A stretch of DNA of 64,000 nucleotides, from NCBI GenBank assembly GCA_965287045.1, contig OZ336903.1, positions 1,054,001-1,118,000 of the forward strand. The letters are read 5' to 3'. The position numbers and the translations under genes are program-made. The DNA comes from Carcharhinus amblyrhynchos. Taxonomy: Eukaryota. Positions 1-13,800 of this stretch are shown here, piece by piece. A model generated the notes under the pieces. The model did no database searches. It was not told where the DNA came from and saw nothing but the letters and a program-made list of their open reading frames with translations. Within the stretch, counting starts at the first letter, position 1; every line of letters begins with the position of its first letter.

Positions 1-1782
1 GTATGGCGATACATTTCAAAGTTGTGGTTCCACTAGCGACTCCTAACCTGTCCTTCCTGCTGTCAGCTAAACGGTTCCACTGTTTAACGGTGGTTTTCAA
101 CTACAAATACGATATTTTGTAATTAATTCCACTCGTAACACTGACATTTCTTTTTTACTTTTTGTGTCTCATAGATTAAGATGAAATATGATTAACAGAT
201 CGAATACTCAGTCAAGGAGAGACACATTTGCCGCCTTGTGCTAACGGCGTTTTGTAATCTTTAAATAGAGCTACATTTTACAGTACCAAAATTCCCATAT
301 CTATTTATCTCTTCCAAATAAAGTTAATATGCCACATTCAGCCAAGGCCTTTGCATTTTTGTTGTTGTTATGCTATCTCTTGTGAAGTCAGTGTCCCTGG
401 CAATGGCAGCATTTATTATCTGTGCCCAGATGTCTTCAGAAATTGATCTCTGAGCTTTTTTTTTTGCTGCCTGGCTGCAGTGAATGATGTACTGGTGCAG
501 GCACAGTGAGATTAGGGATTTAGCGCTCACGAGATGAAGCAACCCCTATATCGTCCGAACGCAGCATATTGACCAGCTTAGAAGGGAATGCGCAATTCAG
601 GGTATTGCCTCAGGCCTGTCCTTCTACTGAAAGGTGGTAGAAGTCGCCGGTTTGGAATGAACTGCCGAATGAGTCTTGGCCATTTGTTGTTGTGTATCAT
701 CTACACGGTACACAAATGATTCAGGTGATGGCTGTTTTTTTTTAGCAAATGAGGCTGCTGACCAGCTCCTTCTATTTCATTGTTTTTGGTGTCATTAGTG
801 ATCTGTTGCAGGAAGAAAAGGGGGCACAGGTTTAAGGTGAGAGGGGAAATTTAAAGTGAGATGTGTGGGAAAAGCTCAGAAAGTAGTGCATGCCTGCAAG
901 GCGCTGTCAGAGGAGGTGATGGAAGCAGGCACATGAGAAACATTTTAAGAGGCATCTGGATGAGAACAAGAATAAAGAGGAAATAGAAGGATAGGGACGG
1001 AAAGAACACCACTTTTTTTTTGCTTAAATGGACATCATGATGGACAGGGGCTTGAAGGACCGAAGTGTCTGTTTCTCTGCTGCACATTTCTTTATTCTGT
1101 GTTTTTGAAATGGGTCACTGATTCAGTGGGAGAATTACTGAACACTGAAAAGTGGAGCCAGAGATAGGAAGACGGAATGGGTGAAGAGGGACAGAGATTC
1201 CAGTTGGACCATAGAAATTGTCAACATTTTGAGTAAATATTGAAATGATATCCCACAATTCTGGCAATGAGTACAAATTAAGTTGAAGTTCTGTGATATT
1301 GTTTGCGATGAGTTAATAAGGATAGCTGGGATATGTCTGCATTGGAAATAAATGACGCACTCTCCGTATTGTGGACGGTGGTGCAGAGATATTCGAGTAA
1401 CTTTATCATTGTTACTCTGTGGATCAAGGTATAAATTTCAGCAATCCAACCAGAGACAGGAATCGCTGCCCTGTTGATTTTATTATGCAAACTAGACGCT
1501 AAAGCGGATTTGGAGATTTGACTGACACAAAATATCCCTGTTTGAGAATACGGTAAAATGTGTTTAAAAATGTATTCAAAAAATGGAATGAGGCTGTGAT
1601 ATTCTTAGGCCATAATATCACGGGTGTTGGAATTTGAATAAAACTTTTTAACAGCAAATGCTTGGAAATCGTATAGTGAAGGAATAACACAGATCCTCGG
1701 TGTTGACTTTGTGATGTTTGGTTTTGACAGTTTCATTCATCTCGTGTTCCAGCAGAGACTAATTTTCAAAATTTCATTTCAG

Positions 1783-1815
1783 GCAGACCAGGGAACAGCC
1801 AGGCTGATCCATCAG
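1783..1815 (+). CDS. Gene A 33-bp micro-exon (end of signal peptide, (C)[10 protein letters not shown])
   Basis: tttcag|GCAGACC...ATCAG|gtaatc; identical to gene B 42136-42168. Confidence 0.75.
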
Positions 1816-4800
1816 GTAATCGTCCTCCAAGTTCATATCTGACATTTCACTGCACTAATCCATCCAACTGAATGATAAATCCCGGAGACTACTTCAGTGT
1901 CTTTGTATTCAATGATTCGGTTCAATGTCTGCCTGTCAGTTGCGAAGGAAAATGTTCTTGCGATGTTTTCACGTAAATGTTTAAGTTCTGCTCCCTAATT
2001 TAGAAATTAGATCCCCGAGGAGCAGGGTGAGAGGCAAAGATTTCCCACTGCCGTATGGAAATAAATGTTTACTTCTCTAGTTACCAGCCAGCGCTGAAAT
2101 GCAGTGCAATATGAAGCCCTTCCACCCCCGGTGTATTAGGGTTCCGCCGTAAATTCGCCGCATCTCATAGCCCCGGGAAGGGCTGGAGACGACCTGACTG
2201 TCCAATTCAGCCGGTTGCAGCAGGGTGAACCACCGGGTTCGACACTGGTGGCAGATATCGAATCCATGCTAGGATCAGGATTCCACTATATTGGTCCCGG
2301 CTGTATGGTGGACCGCGGACCATAACAGCCCTGAGTTGTACAGATTGAATCAAGTAAGCACCCATCGACACTCCTGCCTGACACAGCCGAATGATGTTTC
2401 CAACTTCCAACTGATTTGCGGATGTTTCCCACTGTCAATCCATATTCCCGCTTCCACTTGCAATGTCTCAGGGGGAGGTACTGGAAGCGGATACGACAGT
2501 GACGTTTAAGGGGCGTCTTGATAAGTAAATAAACAGGGTGGGAATAGAGGAATATGGTCCCCAGAGCGGTAGGGGTTTTTAGTTAAGTCGGGCAGTGAGG
2601 TCGGTACAGGCGAGGAGGGCGGAAGGGCCTGTTCCTGCGCTGTCAATGTCTTTGTTCGTTCTTTATTTCATGTTATCCCTGTGTTTATTGAGATTGTAGA
2701 CACACTCCTTACTTGGCTTGATTCCTATCTGACCTGCTGCATCAGCTGGCCAATAACTGTTGGTTTATTTCTGTACTTTACAGAGGCAGTGAAGCTGAGA
2801 CTGGCGAATGGGCAGAGTCGGTGCGCTGGAAGAGTGGAGATTCACTACAGGGGACAGTGGGGCACTGTGCTTGATCTTGGCTGGGACCAGCGGGACGCCG
2901 ATGTTGTGTGTGGGGAGCTGGGCTGCGGGACCGCGCTCTCTGCACCAGGCGAGGCTCACTTTGGGGAAGGATCCGGACCCATTGTGACGGCAGGTGTTGA
3001 GTGCGAAGGGACCGAGACCGCCCTGCGGGAATGTCCCTCAGAACCATGGAGTGATTCTCAGTACTTGCACTTGCCGCACTCCTATGATGCCGGTGTGATT
3101 TGCTCAGGTAAAAAATAAATCCATCATCTACAGCCTGCTTTCCGGGAAAGGGTGGATTCAGTTAGATAGGGGTCATGGGTAGAGAGGTGGACTGGTGGTG
3201 TTAAGATGGCGGCGCGGGCTCGTTGGGCCGAAGGGCCTGTTTCCCGGGCTGATTTTGTTCTTTGTTCTAAGTATTCTGAGACTGTACACTGTCGTAAAGA
3301 GACTGGTGAATAATTTTAATATTCTATAAATAGATTTGTTGTTACATTAATAACAGCGAATGGGAATGGGTGAAGAGGATCAGAGATTCCAGTTGGACCA
3401 TAGAAATTGTGAACATTTTGAGTAAATATTGAAATGTTATCCCACAATCCTGGCAATGAGAACAACGTAAGTGGAAGTTGTGCGATATTGTTTGTGAAGA
3501 GTTAATAAGGATACCTGAGGATTGTTTGCATTGGAAATTGTGACGTTTAGTGCTGAGTGCGAAGGGACCGAGACCGCCCTGCGGGAATGTCGCTCTGCTC
3601 CATGGGTTCAAGATTTCTACTCTCTCCTTCCGCACTCCAATGATGCCGGGGTGATTTGCTCAGGTAAAAAAAAAGTCCATCATCTGCAGCCTGCTCTCCG
3701 GGAAAGGGCGGATAAAGTATTCTGAGACTGTACACAGTCGTAAATAGAGTGGCGATTAACTTTAATATTCTGAAAATAGAGTGTTGTTACATTAACACCA
3801 GGATTTAAGTTTATAATAAAGTAACAACAATGAGAGTGATTAACAATTACCACAACCGTGCACAGGCCCGCTGTGCCCTTGAGCTGAGCGCTTGCTGTTA
3901 GCTATGTTCAGGAGAGGAGTTGTTCACTCCTGGTTCCTCACTGTTCAGTTCCGATCATCATTCAACAAATAATGAATCATTCCAGGGCCACACAGAGCAA
4001 ATCCTGGACAACAATCAGGCTTCTGCTGAGCAACCGTTTATCTTCATCTATCCGCAGCGTTTGGTTTATTCTGAAATTTTAACTTAAATTCAAATCGTCC
4101 GATTCTAAATGTTTTTTTTTCCTTCAAAGTCCAGAAATTGTACCCACAAATGTGCTGCCCATTGTGGTTCGAACCCCAGAGATACGGCCGGAGGCATCCC
4201 GACCCCCAACCCATCGAAATCTCCACCGCCACCCCTCCCCCAATGCCTCATCCGACACAACCACACGCCTGGAGACATAGGCGGATCTGTCAGCAACAAC
4301 GGGGGTGTGGGGGTGGGGGGGGGGGGTGCGGCGGACAGACCTGGGAGGAGACCGAGAAAGCGTCCCGGGCGTACTAATCTGTCCCAATTTTGCCTGTGCA
4401 GAGTCAAAATTTCAGGCATGCTTTGATGGGCTGGCTGTGAACGGAATTACATTTAAGGGGAGTCCGGATCATTCGGCACTCCGTGAGAATTGGCGGCTGT
4501 CTCTGAATTAAATCCGGGTGTCTCGGTCCATGTGTTTGACATTTACTGACTATTGATTGCGGAGGCCATAGAGCGCTTATCCAGTCACTGCGGCTACTTT
4601 CAGAGCAGCAATCAGTGGGCAGATTGAAGGTGTTCCAAGAGCGGAGTGAGGATGAGAAGGGTCTGGAGGAGAGTCTTGCGCACTGGAAACTTCCCTCTAT
4701 TCTTCCCTCGCCACTAATTCCGCCACAGCTGCTGAATTGTTCCAACATTATCTGATTTTGTGTGAGAGGGGACTGGCTGGATATCCCCTGTCTCTCCAGG

Positions 4801-7800
4801 CGTGTTGTTTTAATAACTGTCATGTAAATCCTCTTCCCAAAATGTTTGAACCTACTTGGAAACTTATCTCCCTCTCACACCCTAAATCTGATGAACACCA
4901 GCTGTTCCTGTATGATTTCCACTCGTGTTATATTTTTTTTCGGACGGAGTTTACCTTTAGAGTCTGTCAGGGAGAGAAATCAGAAATGTTATTGGTGGAG
5001 TGTTCCGTTGTATCTGAATAAATTGTGCTGGAGCAATTAGTTCAGGAGGTTGTATTTTAAACAAATGTGCGGCAGTCCATACTTTCTCCAGAATAAAATG
5101 AAGGGAGATGAGTTGTTTTAATATTTAAAGCTGCTGCAGCTTCAGGCAGATTTCACAAAGAGTAAACTGATAGAAGGAGATGTTGTCTAGTCTCAGTAAC
5201 CAGTAGCCCGGGACACTCTCACTGGACTGTTTTCCAGAACAGGAGATTCTTTCAAGGTTGCATTTCCCTGAATTGTTTATCGCATTCCAGATATGGACTG
5301 AGCAAAGTTACTGAAACTTGAAGCAGAAACTCTCCCCCTTCACATTCTCACTGCCCAAATGGAAATGCTAAAATCCCTGTGGATACTTGATTACGTTTTC
5401 CATCTGGCCTTAATGTATTAGCCACCTGTGCACATGGACTCTCAATAAGAACTCGAATGTTGTTTGCTCATCACCATTTAAACATTCGGAAATCCATCGT
5501 TTTATTTCTGGTTGAAATCGTTTGAGAACGTTCATTCTCAACACGTTTCAGCGCCAACAGAGAAACAAAATCAACTCGATCATTTTGGTGTCTATCAGTT
5601 AGAAAGCCTCTGGGCAAATTAAACCCATTTTCTTTCGATTCATGTTCGCCTGCTGCACATGGGGGTAGTTCCCATCAGCAGGCGCTAGGGGGCGATCATA
5701 CCCAGATTTCTCCAGATAAACCAGCAGTCCGTTCAGTTTATGGGCGGATGGTGAATAATGTTCCAGATGAATCGCTGTAAGACTGAACACGGCTTCTGAA
5801 GAGAATAATAGTGGACACATGTTGAACTGATGAAAGAGATTGAATTATTAAGTTGAACGAACTGCCCCCTTGTTCCAGTAAATGGGCCCGAGTGCACCCA
5901 CAGGAACGATGCCAATGTGATTTTGCATTGAAGCGTCATTTATCACATTAATTCGTTTTCACTTAGTAATTTGGCACTTTTGGGAAATGGATTTCTGTGG
6001 CTGTACAAATATGGAAGTTTTTTTGAATCGCTAAAAAAAGTGTTTCTTTTGACTGCAGTGAGGAAATTAATTAAGTCGGTGTGTTTTTCTGATCTGAAAC
6101 AGGAAACACTGAACCCCGGCTGGTTGGTGGAAATGACAGGTGCTCCGGGCGGGTGGAAGTGCTGCATGGAGAACACTGGGGGACGCTCTGTGATGTTTAC
6201 TTTGGTTTCCAAGATGCCAGTGTGGTCTGTGAGCATCTTCAGTGTGGAGTGGTAGAGAAAATCCTGAGAGGAGCAGCCTTTGGGAAAGGAAATGGGACAA
6301 TATGGAAGGAAAACTACAGATGCCACGGAAGTGAGTCCCGGTTGGGGGAGTGTCCGGTTTCATCAGTGGAAGAGTTTAACTGTTCACATGAAAATGATGC
6401 CAGTGTCATTTGCTCGGGTGAGTCCTCACAATGCAGTCACTCAGAGAACTACAACACTTGGGTGTAGTAAACAAAAAAATCCATTCGACCCGTGAGCCTG
6501 CGCAGAATTATTGGAAATGAACCTCACCCAGTCACAATCCATGAATATCCTCACAGATTTGTATTATTTTTCACTTCACATAATTGTTCAATTCTCGAAA
6601 AAGTTTTGATTGTCCTTCACCCACTATAAACTCACACAATTCATGTTCAAACCTAACCACTTACTACAGCTGATTTCAATTCGGTCACTATTGGTATTTT
6701 GGGAGTTATCTTTAACGTCCCCCGCTCCCTTCCCACATCTTTCCCGCTCTTTGTACCTCCACCAGTGACAGCACTTTCCTCGATACACTTTTTTTTGCAG
6801 AACCCTCGGGATTTTGAAGTCGCCATGGAACCTGGAGGTCAAAACAAAACCCATCCGAATTACATTGAGTAACTCGCCCGAGTCCAGACTAGTTTTATCC
6901 CTTTCTCCTTTCTTTTATATCGATCCTGATATAAGCCTATTTATGACACTGATAAATAAACTTAACACTTACCACATTGCGACATACGGGTGTTCTGTAT
7001 GTGCAAACTCGCTGCTTTGATTAATATATTTCAGAAGTAACTGTAATTCTCGCAATGTCCATTGATGACTATTCCGGGCTTTGGGACATCCTGCGGCTGT
7101 GAAAAAGCTTCGCGGAAAATAGTCGTTGCCTCCTTCCCGCCAGTATGAGTCAATTCCCATTTTCCGGCATCAGGTGACGCTGCCATTTGCCTGTGCACAC
7201 CACCAGCGCGGCATTTGAAAATTGTAATCCTGCCCATCACACCACAGTCAATGTCCTTAACATATCTCAGGTACAACAGATGTTCACAGATTCCCCTAAG
7301 GAAGCCACATTAACAGATCGAATGACTATTCCCTGTCAAAGGCCCAATTTCACACTTGGGTAGACATTACCCTTCCATTTCATTGACGCGAACTTACCAG
7401 TGAAGCCTCGAACGTGGCCTTTCTTTGGAAAACTATCTGTACAACCGTATCCTTCCTACCATTATTAACTTCCCCCTTTGATTTCCCCGAATATAAAACA
7501 TGAGGAAGCTTCTGAAACATGTTTTCTTTTTCCTAAAAAATATCTCGTTGGTGCTCTAAATAGTTAACATCTTAAAAAGTGTCCTTTTGTGTATCAAATT
7601 CTCATTTCAAACAAATTATCGCACTGCCAGAATAACCTCTGTCCCTGCTTTGATGGGTTGCAGCATATCCCAGCATGCCCAGATAAACTTTCACAGAATA
7701 GTTTCCCAATTTGCCGGAAATGAATGTCCAACCTCTAGCACTATCTCCTCAGAACAGAACATAAGAACATAAGAACATAAGAAATAGGAGCAGGAGTAGG

Positions 7801-10800
7801 CCAACTAGCCCTTCGAGCCTGCCCCGCCATTCAATAAGATCATGGCTGATCTGTCGTGGCTCAATTCCACATTCCCGCCCTCTCCCCATAACCCTTAATC
7901 CCCCCTCTTATCAAAAACCCATCAACCCGCGTCTTAAAAATATTTAGCGAGGTAGCCTCCACCACTTCAACGGGCAGAGAATTCCAGAGATTCACCACCC
8001 TTTGAGTGAAGAAGTTCCTCCTCAACTCCGTTCTAAACCGCCCCACCCCCCTTTATCTTGAGGCTGTGCCCCCTAGTCCTACTATCCTTTCTGAGCTGGA
8101 AGAGTCTCTCCACCACTATCCTATCCATCCCATTCATCATCTTATACGTCTCAATGAGATCTCCCCTCATTCTTCTAAACTCTAACGAGTACAAGCCTAA
8201 AATATTCAGCCTCTCCTCATAGCTCAACCCCCTCAACTCCGGCATCAGCCTAGTAAACCTCCTCTGCACTCCCTCCAAGGCCAAAATATCCTTGCGCAAG
8301 TATGGCGCCCAAAACTGCACACAGTACTCCAGCTGCGGCCTCACCAATGCCCTATACAGCCGCAGCAAGACCTCCCTACTTTTATATTCAATCCCCCTCG
8401 CTATGAAGGCCAGCATCCCATTCGCCTTCCTGACCACCTGCTGCACCTGCAAGCTGGGTTTTTGCGACTCATGCACAAGGACCCCGAGGTCCCTCTGCAC
8501 TGTCGCCTGCTGCAGTTTTTCGCCACGTAAGTAATCATCCTTCCTACCATTATTCCTACCAAAGTGGACCACCTCGCACTTGCCAACATTAAATTCCATT
8601 TGCCTTTTCCTGGCCCATTCGCCCAGCCTATCTAGATCCTTCTGTAGACTCTCCCCACCCTCCGCACAATTTGCCGTTCCACCAATCTTGGTATCATCAG
8701 CAAATTTCGACACCCTACACTCGGTTCCCTCCTCCAGATCATCTATATAAATGGTAAATAGCTGAGGCCCCTGCACCGACCCCTGGGGCACTCCACTAGT
8801 CACCAACCGCCAATCCGAATAGCACCCATTGACCCCCACTCTCTGCCTCCTATTTGACAACCAGTCCTCTATCCACGCTAACACCCTACCCCCAACTCCA
8901 TGCCCCCTGATCTTCTGCAATATCCTCTTGTGAGGTACCTTGTCAAACGCCTTCTGAAAATCAAGAAAGACCACATCCACCGGCTCACCTTTATCCACCG
9001 CCCTAGACACATCCTCATAGAACTCCAGTAAATTTGTCAGACACGACTTCCCTTTAACGAAACCGTGCTGCGTCTGCTCTATCAAGCAGTTCCCCTGAAG
9101 ATGCCTTGCTACTTCCTCCTTGATGACGGATTCTAGCATTTTACCTACAACAGACGTTAAACTAACCGGCCTATAATTCCCTGCCTTTTGCCTGGCACCC
9201 TTCTTAAACAACGGCGTAACATTAGCCTTTTTCCAATTTCCCGACACTTCCCCGGAATCCAGCGACGTCTGGAAAATAACCACCAAGACATCCACTCCCA
9301 CCTCCGCCATTTCTTTCAGGACCCTCGGATGTATTCCATCCGGTCCTGGGGACTTGTCCACAATCAGCCCCTCCAGTCTGGCGAGCACCGCCTCTCTAGT
9401 AACAGTAATGTCATCGAGACCCTCCAGTCCTACCACCTTTCCATCGCTAACACCCGGCAAATTATTCACGTCCTCCTCCGTGAAGACAGAAACAAAAAAG
9501 TTATTCAAGACCTCAGCCATATCCCCATCCCCTACCACTAAGTCCCCTTTCTCATCCTCTAAGGGACCAACGTTCACCCTAGCCAGCCTCTTCCTTTTTA
9601 TATATTTATAAAAACTCTTGCTATCCTTTTTTATATTAAGCGCTAGCCCAGCTTCATAGTTTCTCCTACCCTTCTTTATCAACTTCTTTGTCAATCTTTG
9701 TTGACATTTAAACCTCTCCCAACCCTCTTCTCGCCCACTACTCTTAGCTACTCTAAACGCCTCCGCTTTTAATTTAACACTTTCCTTCACCTCCTTCGTT
9801 ATCCACGGCTCAGCTGGATAATCACCCATTATCTCCCATTTAAATCACTCACTAACACGTGGTACTGGATTAATGAGGATGTTTCGACATTTGTCCGCCC
9901 AAATGCCCGTCCATCCCTGCGTTCTGCAAACATATAATGCCGCTTTGCTGAACAATGCATTTATTTTCGATCCAGAGCCGGAGTTCTGGTTGTTCATCCT
10001 CCTGCCTGACTGTGCTGAACCGCCTCTCAGGAATATCCTTCACCTTTTAACAAACAGAAATGTACTGGTGAAAGGTGACCTCAATACGGGTTAATTTGCT
10101 GCACTGGAACCACTGCTCTCAATGTCTTTCTTCGCCTAGATGAAAACTGGTCACTGAGATTGATGAATGGGGGAAGTCGGTGTGATGGGCGAGTGGAGAT
10201 TTACTACAACCACAGCTGGGGCAGAGTGCAGGACAGCCTCTGGGATCTGAATGACGCTAATGTGGCCTGTAGACAGCTGGGCTGCGGCGAAGCGGTAACC
10301 GCCTATAACAATTCAAAGTACGGAGAGGGTGAAGGGCTTGTGTGGGTGAATGATGTCCAGTGTGAAGGAAACGAATCGCATCTCCGGAAGTGCAGCACAT
10401 TCTCATTGAACCCGGATCGCAGTGATAGCATCGGCGTGGGGGTTCTGTGCTCAGGTGAATAAACAGGTCACTTTTTCTTGAAACGTTAAGGGAAAAAGAA
10501 TGTAATCTTGGTCATCTGGAGAATATACTTCAGTTCTTCCTCGGGAACACACAGCTGAGATAGTTCACACTGGGGCTTGGATGCAGGACAGGACACCCTG
10601 GGAAGGAAGCAAAAAAAATAATAGTTTGGAATATGATGACAATAACACTTTAATAAAATTATTTATCAATTTTATCAATCTCCAGGTAACTTTCCTCAGT
10701 GAATTGAGACCAACATACTAAAGAAGCATCGGCAATGGGGACTAATGTGCTAATCGGTGGGGTGGGTTTCAGCAACACAACATTGGGAGAGAGGGTCACG

Positions 10801-13800
10801 TTTCAGAAAGGGGATTGCAATCTTGTGTCCCAGTCAGTAACACACCGACTGTTGAATAAGGATGAAAAAGGGTTTGCTGCATAAATGTCAGATGGGAAGG
10901 AAAGCGATATCTGAGTTCAAGTTAATTTATTATTAACAAATAAGACTAATATTAACACTGAAATGAAGTAACAGTGAAATTCTCCGAGTCGCCACAGTCC
11001 ACCGCCTGCTCGGTTCCATACACATCTTTCAGAATATGGACGTAACCAGAACACTGAGAGAAAACCTATGCAGACACGGAGAGAATGTACAAATTCCATA
11101 GAGACCCTGACCTCAGCCAAAATCGAACGCGGGTCCCTGACGTTGCGTAGCTAACCACTGTGCGGACTGGACAGTGAATGGAAACTGATTATCATGATCT
11201 CCAGGGGTAGTGGGACTGATTATGATGGAGCAGTGAGCAGTAGTGGAGAGCATGGGTATCTCTGAACATGACCATGGTATTTTGAAACTTATTTGTATTG
11301 ACGGAAGAGAGTCCAATGCAAATCAAGTTGCCAAGTCCGCTGGTTCTGTTGGTCAGTAAGGGGGAAGAGGAGAACATGGAAAGGGAGGGGGTGTGTGTGC
11401 GGTTTTGTGTGTGCACTGGTCACTGCTGGTGTGTGGGAATGTGCAGGGTTTGTTTAGAAACGCTTTGATTGTTTTGGAGGGATTGATTTGAAATCTGCAT
11501 TCTTGAAATAACAAGGAACTGATGAACATTTTAGCAGTAAATTGGACTAGTTCGCAAGAAAGGGCACTGTCTGAAAGGTCAACCGACTGTCAGCCGACCT
11601 ATATGTTTGCAGTATTTCTGATTTGTACTGACATATATCTATATATATGTGTGAACTGTTGAAATGTCTGATGAAGGTTCCATGGCAAAATGAAGTAGTG
11701 AAAAGCAAAGAATCAAATGTCTGCCTCAAACATTCTGTGTGGAACAACTAATTAACACAATTTCATAATTGACGGTAAAGCAAAACAGGCAGTAATGAGT
11801 GGGTCAGAACCGAACAGAAAACGGCCGGACTATGTTATTGTTGGAAATATGGATATCTAGGAGATTTGTAAACGCCACATCATTTACTTTACCTCGCAGC
11901 AGAAACTGTTTTCTCTCGAGCGTTTATTAATGTCCCTCTCAACGGCTGTTAAAATACGGGCTTTAAATGATCTGGAAGTGATATCATAGTGTGAATTTAG
12001 CAACGAGGTGAATATGTTTAAGAAATATAATCTGTCTCTTTCATTATTCCATTAGAACACAAACAGTTAAGGCTCTCTGGCGGCGGAAGCCGATGTGCGG
12101 GCCGACTGGAGATTTATCACAATGGGATCTGGGGCTCAGTTTGTGATGATTCCTGGGATCTGACAGACGCAGACGTGGTTTGCAAGCAGCTGGGTTGTGG
12201 ACATGCATTGCGGCTTCCTCTTCCTGCTTCGGCTGGACCTGACTCACAGCCAATTTGGTTGGATGAGCTGGAATGCACCGGGAATGAAACATTTCTCTGG
12301 GAATGTCCCCATGCATTGTGGGGTAAACACGACTGCATTCATAAAGAAGATGTGAAGATCATGTGCTCTGGTAACTGTCCCAACTTCAGTTACATTAGAA
12401 GTTTCATATATAAGATATGTTCCTGATTTACCAAAGGACGGCGCTTACGAATGCTTCTATGTCAAATCCCTCTCTATTATTTATTCTGGACATCATTACC
12501 GTTACATTATTTCTATATCCTACTTTTGACGTGTTGCCTTATGTTACTTTATACCTCATTTCCTGAGATAAATGCGTTTTCCAATTAATATCACTGACTA
12601 TTATGAACACGAGTCTTAAATTTCATCAGTTTATGTGTAAAATGTTCCGGATTACTACATTATTTTGCAAAGATGTTTGACGTAATCAATTATTTCTCGA
12701 GAAACGCGCTGTCACTTTATTCTTCACATCAAAATGCGCCCTATTCCATTGAGCAGTTGGAAAACTAAGTTGTCATTGCCATGTGTACCTTGCCATATAT
12801 TAGCATTGTGACACACGCTTTGCAGTCCTCTTTCGTACTAACTATACAAGCCAGTTTGCTGCCGCAATAGACGTTCTTTTTTTTCACTGTCGAATACAAC
12901 ATCCAGCTGGCTTATGTCACTCTCAAGGGTCAGGGACCACAGAAGCAATCGGTGTGAACCTCACACCGGAAGTTTTGCTACATAAGAAACGAGAAACTTT
13001 GCAAAAGCTCTTTAAATCCACTTTTATCCTGATTGCCTGGTTTCCCAATGCCTTTCGTGAGCTTTCACTGTGGGAACTTGTTGATGCTCTGCTGGTAATC
13101 CACGGACAGAGCTTCTAAAACATTGTCCCTTTCACCATTGCTGCAAGCTTTGCAAATAAATCAATCGGGCCCAGCGTTCAAATGTTTCGATCGAAATTCA
13201 ATGTTGCTTATTTTTGATTATGTTTTTTTTCTGTGACCTTTACGAAATAATTATTACAAACTATGACCTCAACTTAGACAAATCCACAGTGTTAGAATCA
13301 GAGTTGATAATTGCACCACGTGATTATTTATGATTTGATTGACAGAGCACAAAGAGCTGCGTTTGGTGAACGGAAAGCATCGCTGTGAGGGCCGAGTGGA
13401 AGTGCTCTATAATGGGACCTGGGGAACAGTTTGCGCTGTAAACATGGATTCAGATGATGGAGCAGTGATCTGTAAACAGTTAGGTTGTGGCACAATCGTT
13501 TCCATCGACTATTATGCTCGTTCATTCGGAGTAGGATCCGGACCGATTTGGTTGGATGAGATGAAATGCCTTTCACACGAGTCGACACTTTGGCAGTGCC
13601 AGGCAGACCCGTGGGGTCAACACGACTGTGATCATTGGGGCAATGCAGGTGTCGTTTGTTCAGGTAACACAATCAATCATTCTGCTTACAGGTGTGATTT
13701 GAAATATTGATGTAGCTCATGGAGTCAACATATTTGTCTTATCAACAGAGCGAGGGACACCGAAGCAAGAGCAGGAAACTGTGAAAAGCTGCAAGCGAGA

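Noticed and set aside
1333-1430. ATGs at 1333 and 1352 with a nearby GT as first exon of gene A
   Set aside because: Wrong phase for the micro-exon, the 1333 ATG and the donor are not conserved in arm B, and a better exon 1 exists at 46844-46889.
3549-3663. Orphan D1 fragment as an alternatively spliced cassette using the AG at 3549-3550
   Set aside because: It would give a 113-nt exon read out of frame, with a weak pyrimidine tract.
4300-4330. G-run/G-quadruplex tracts (also C-rich ~20620-20660 and G-rich ~22915-22970)
   Set aside because: Common low-complexity tracts that are not well conserved between the arms.
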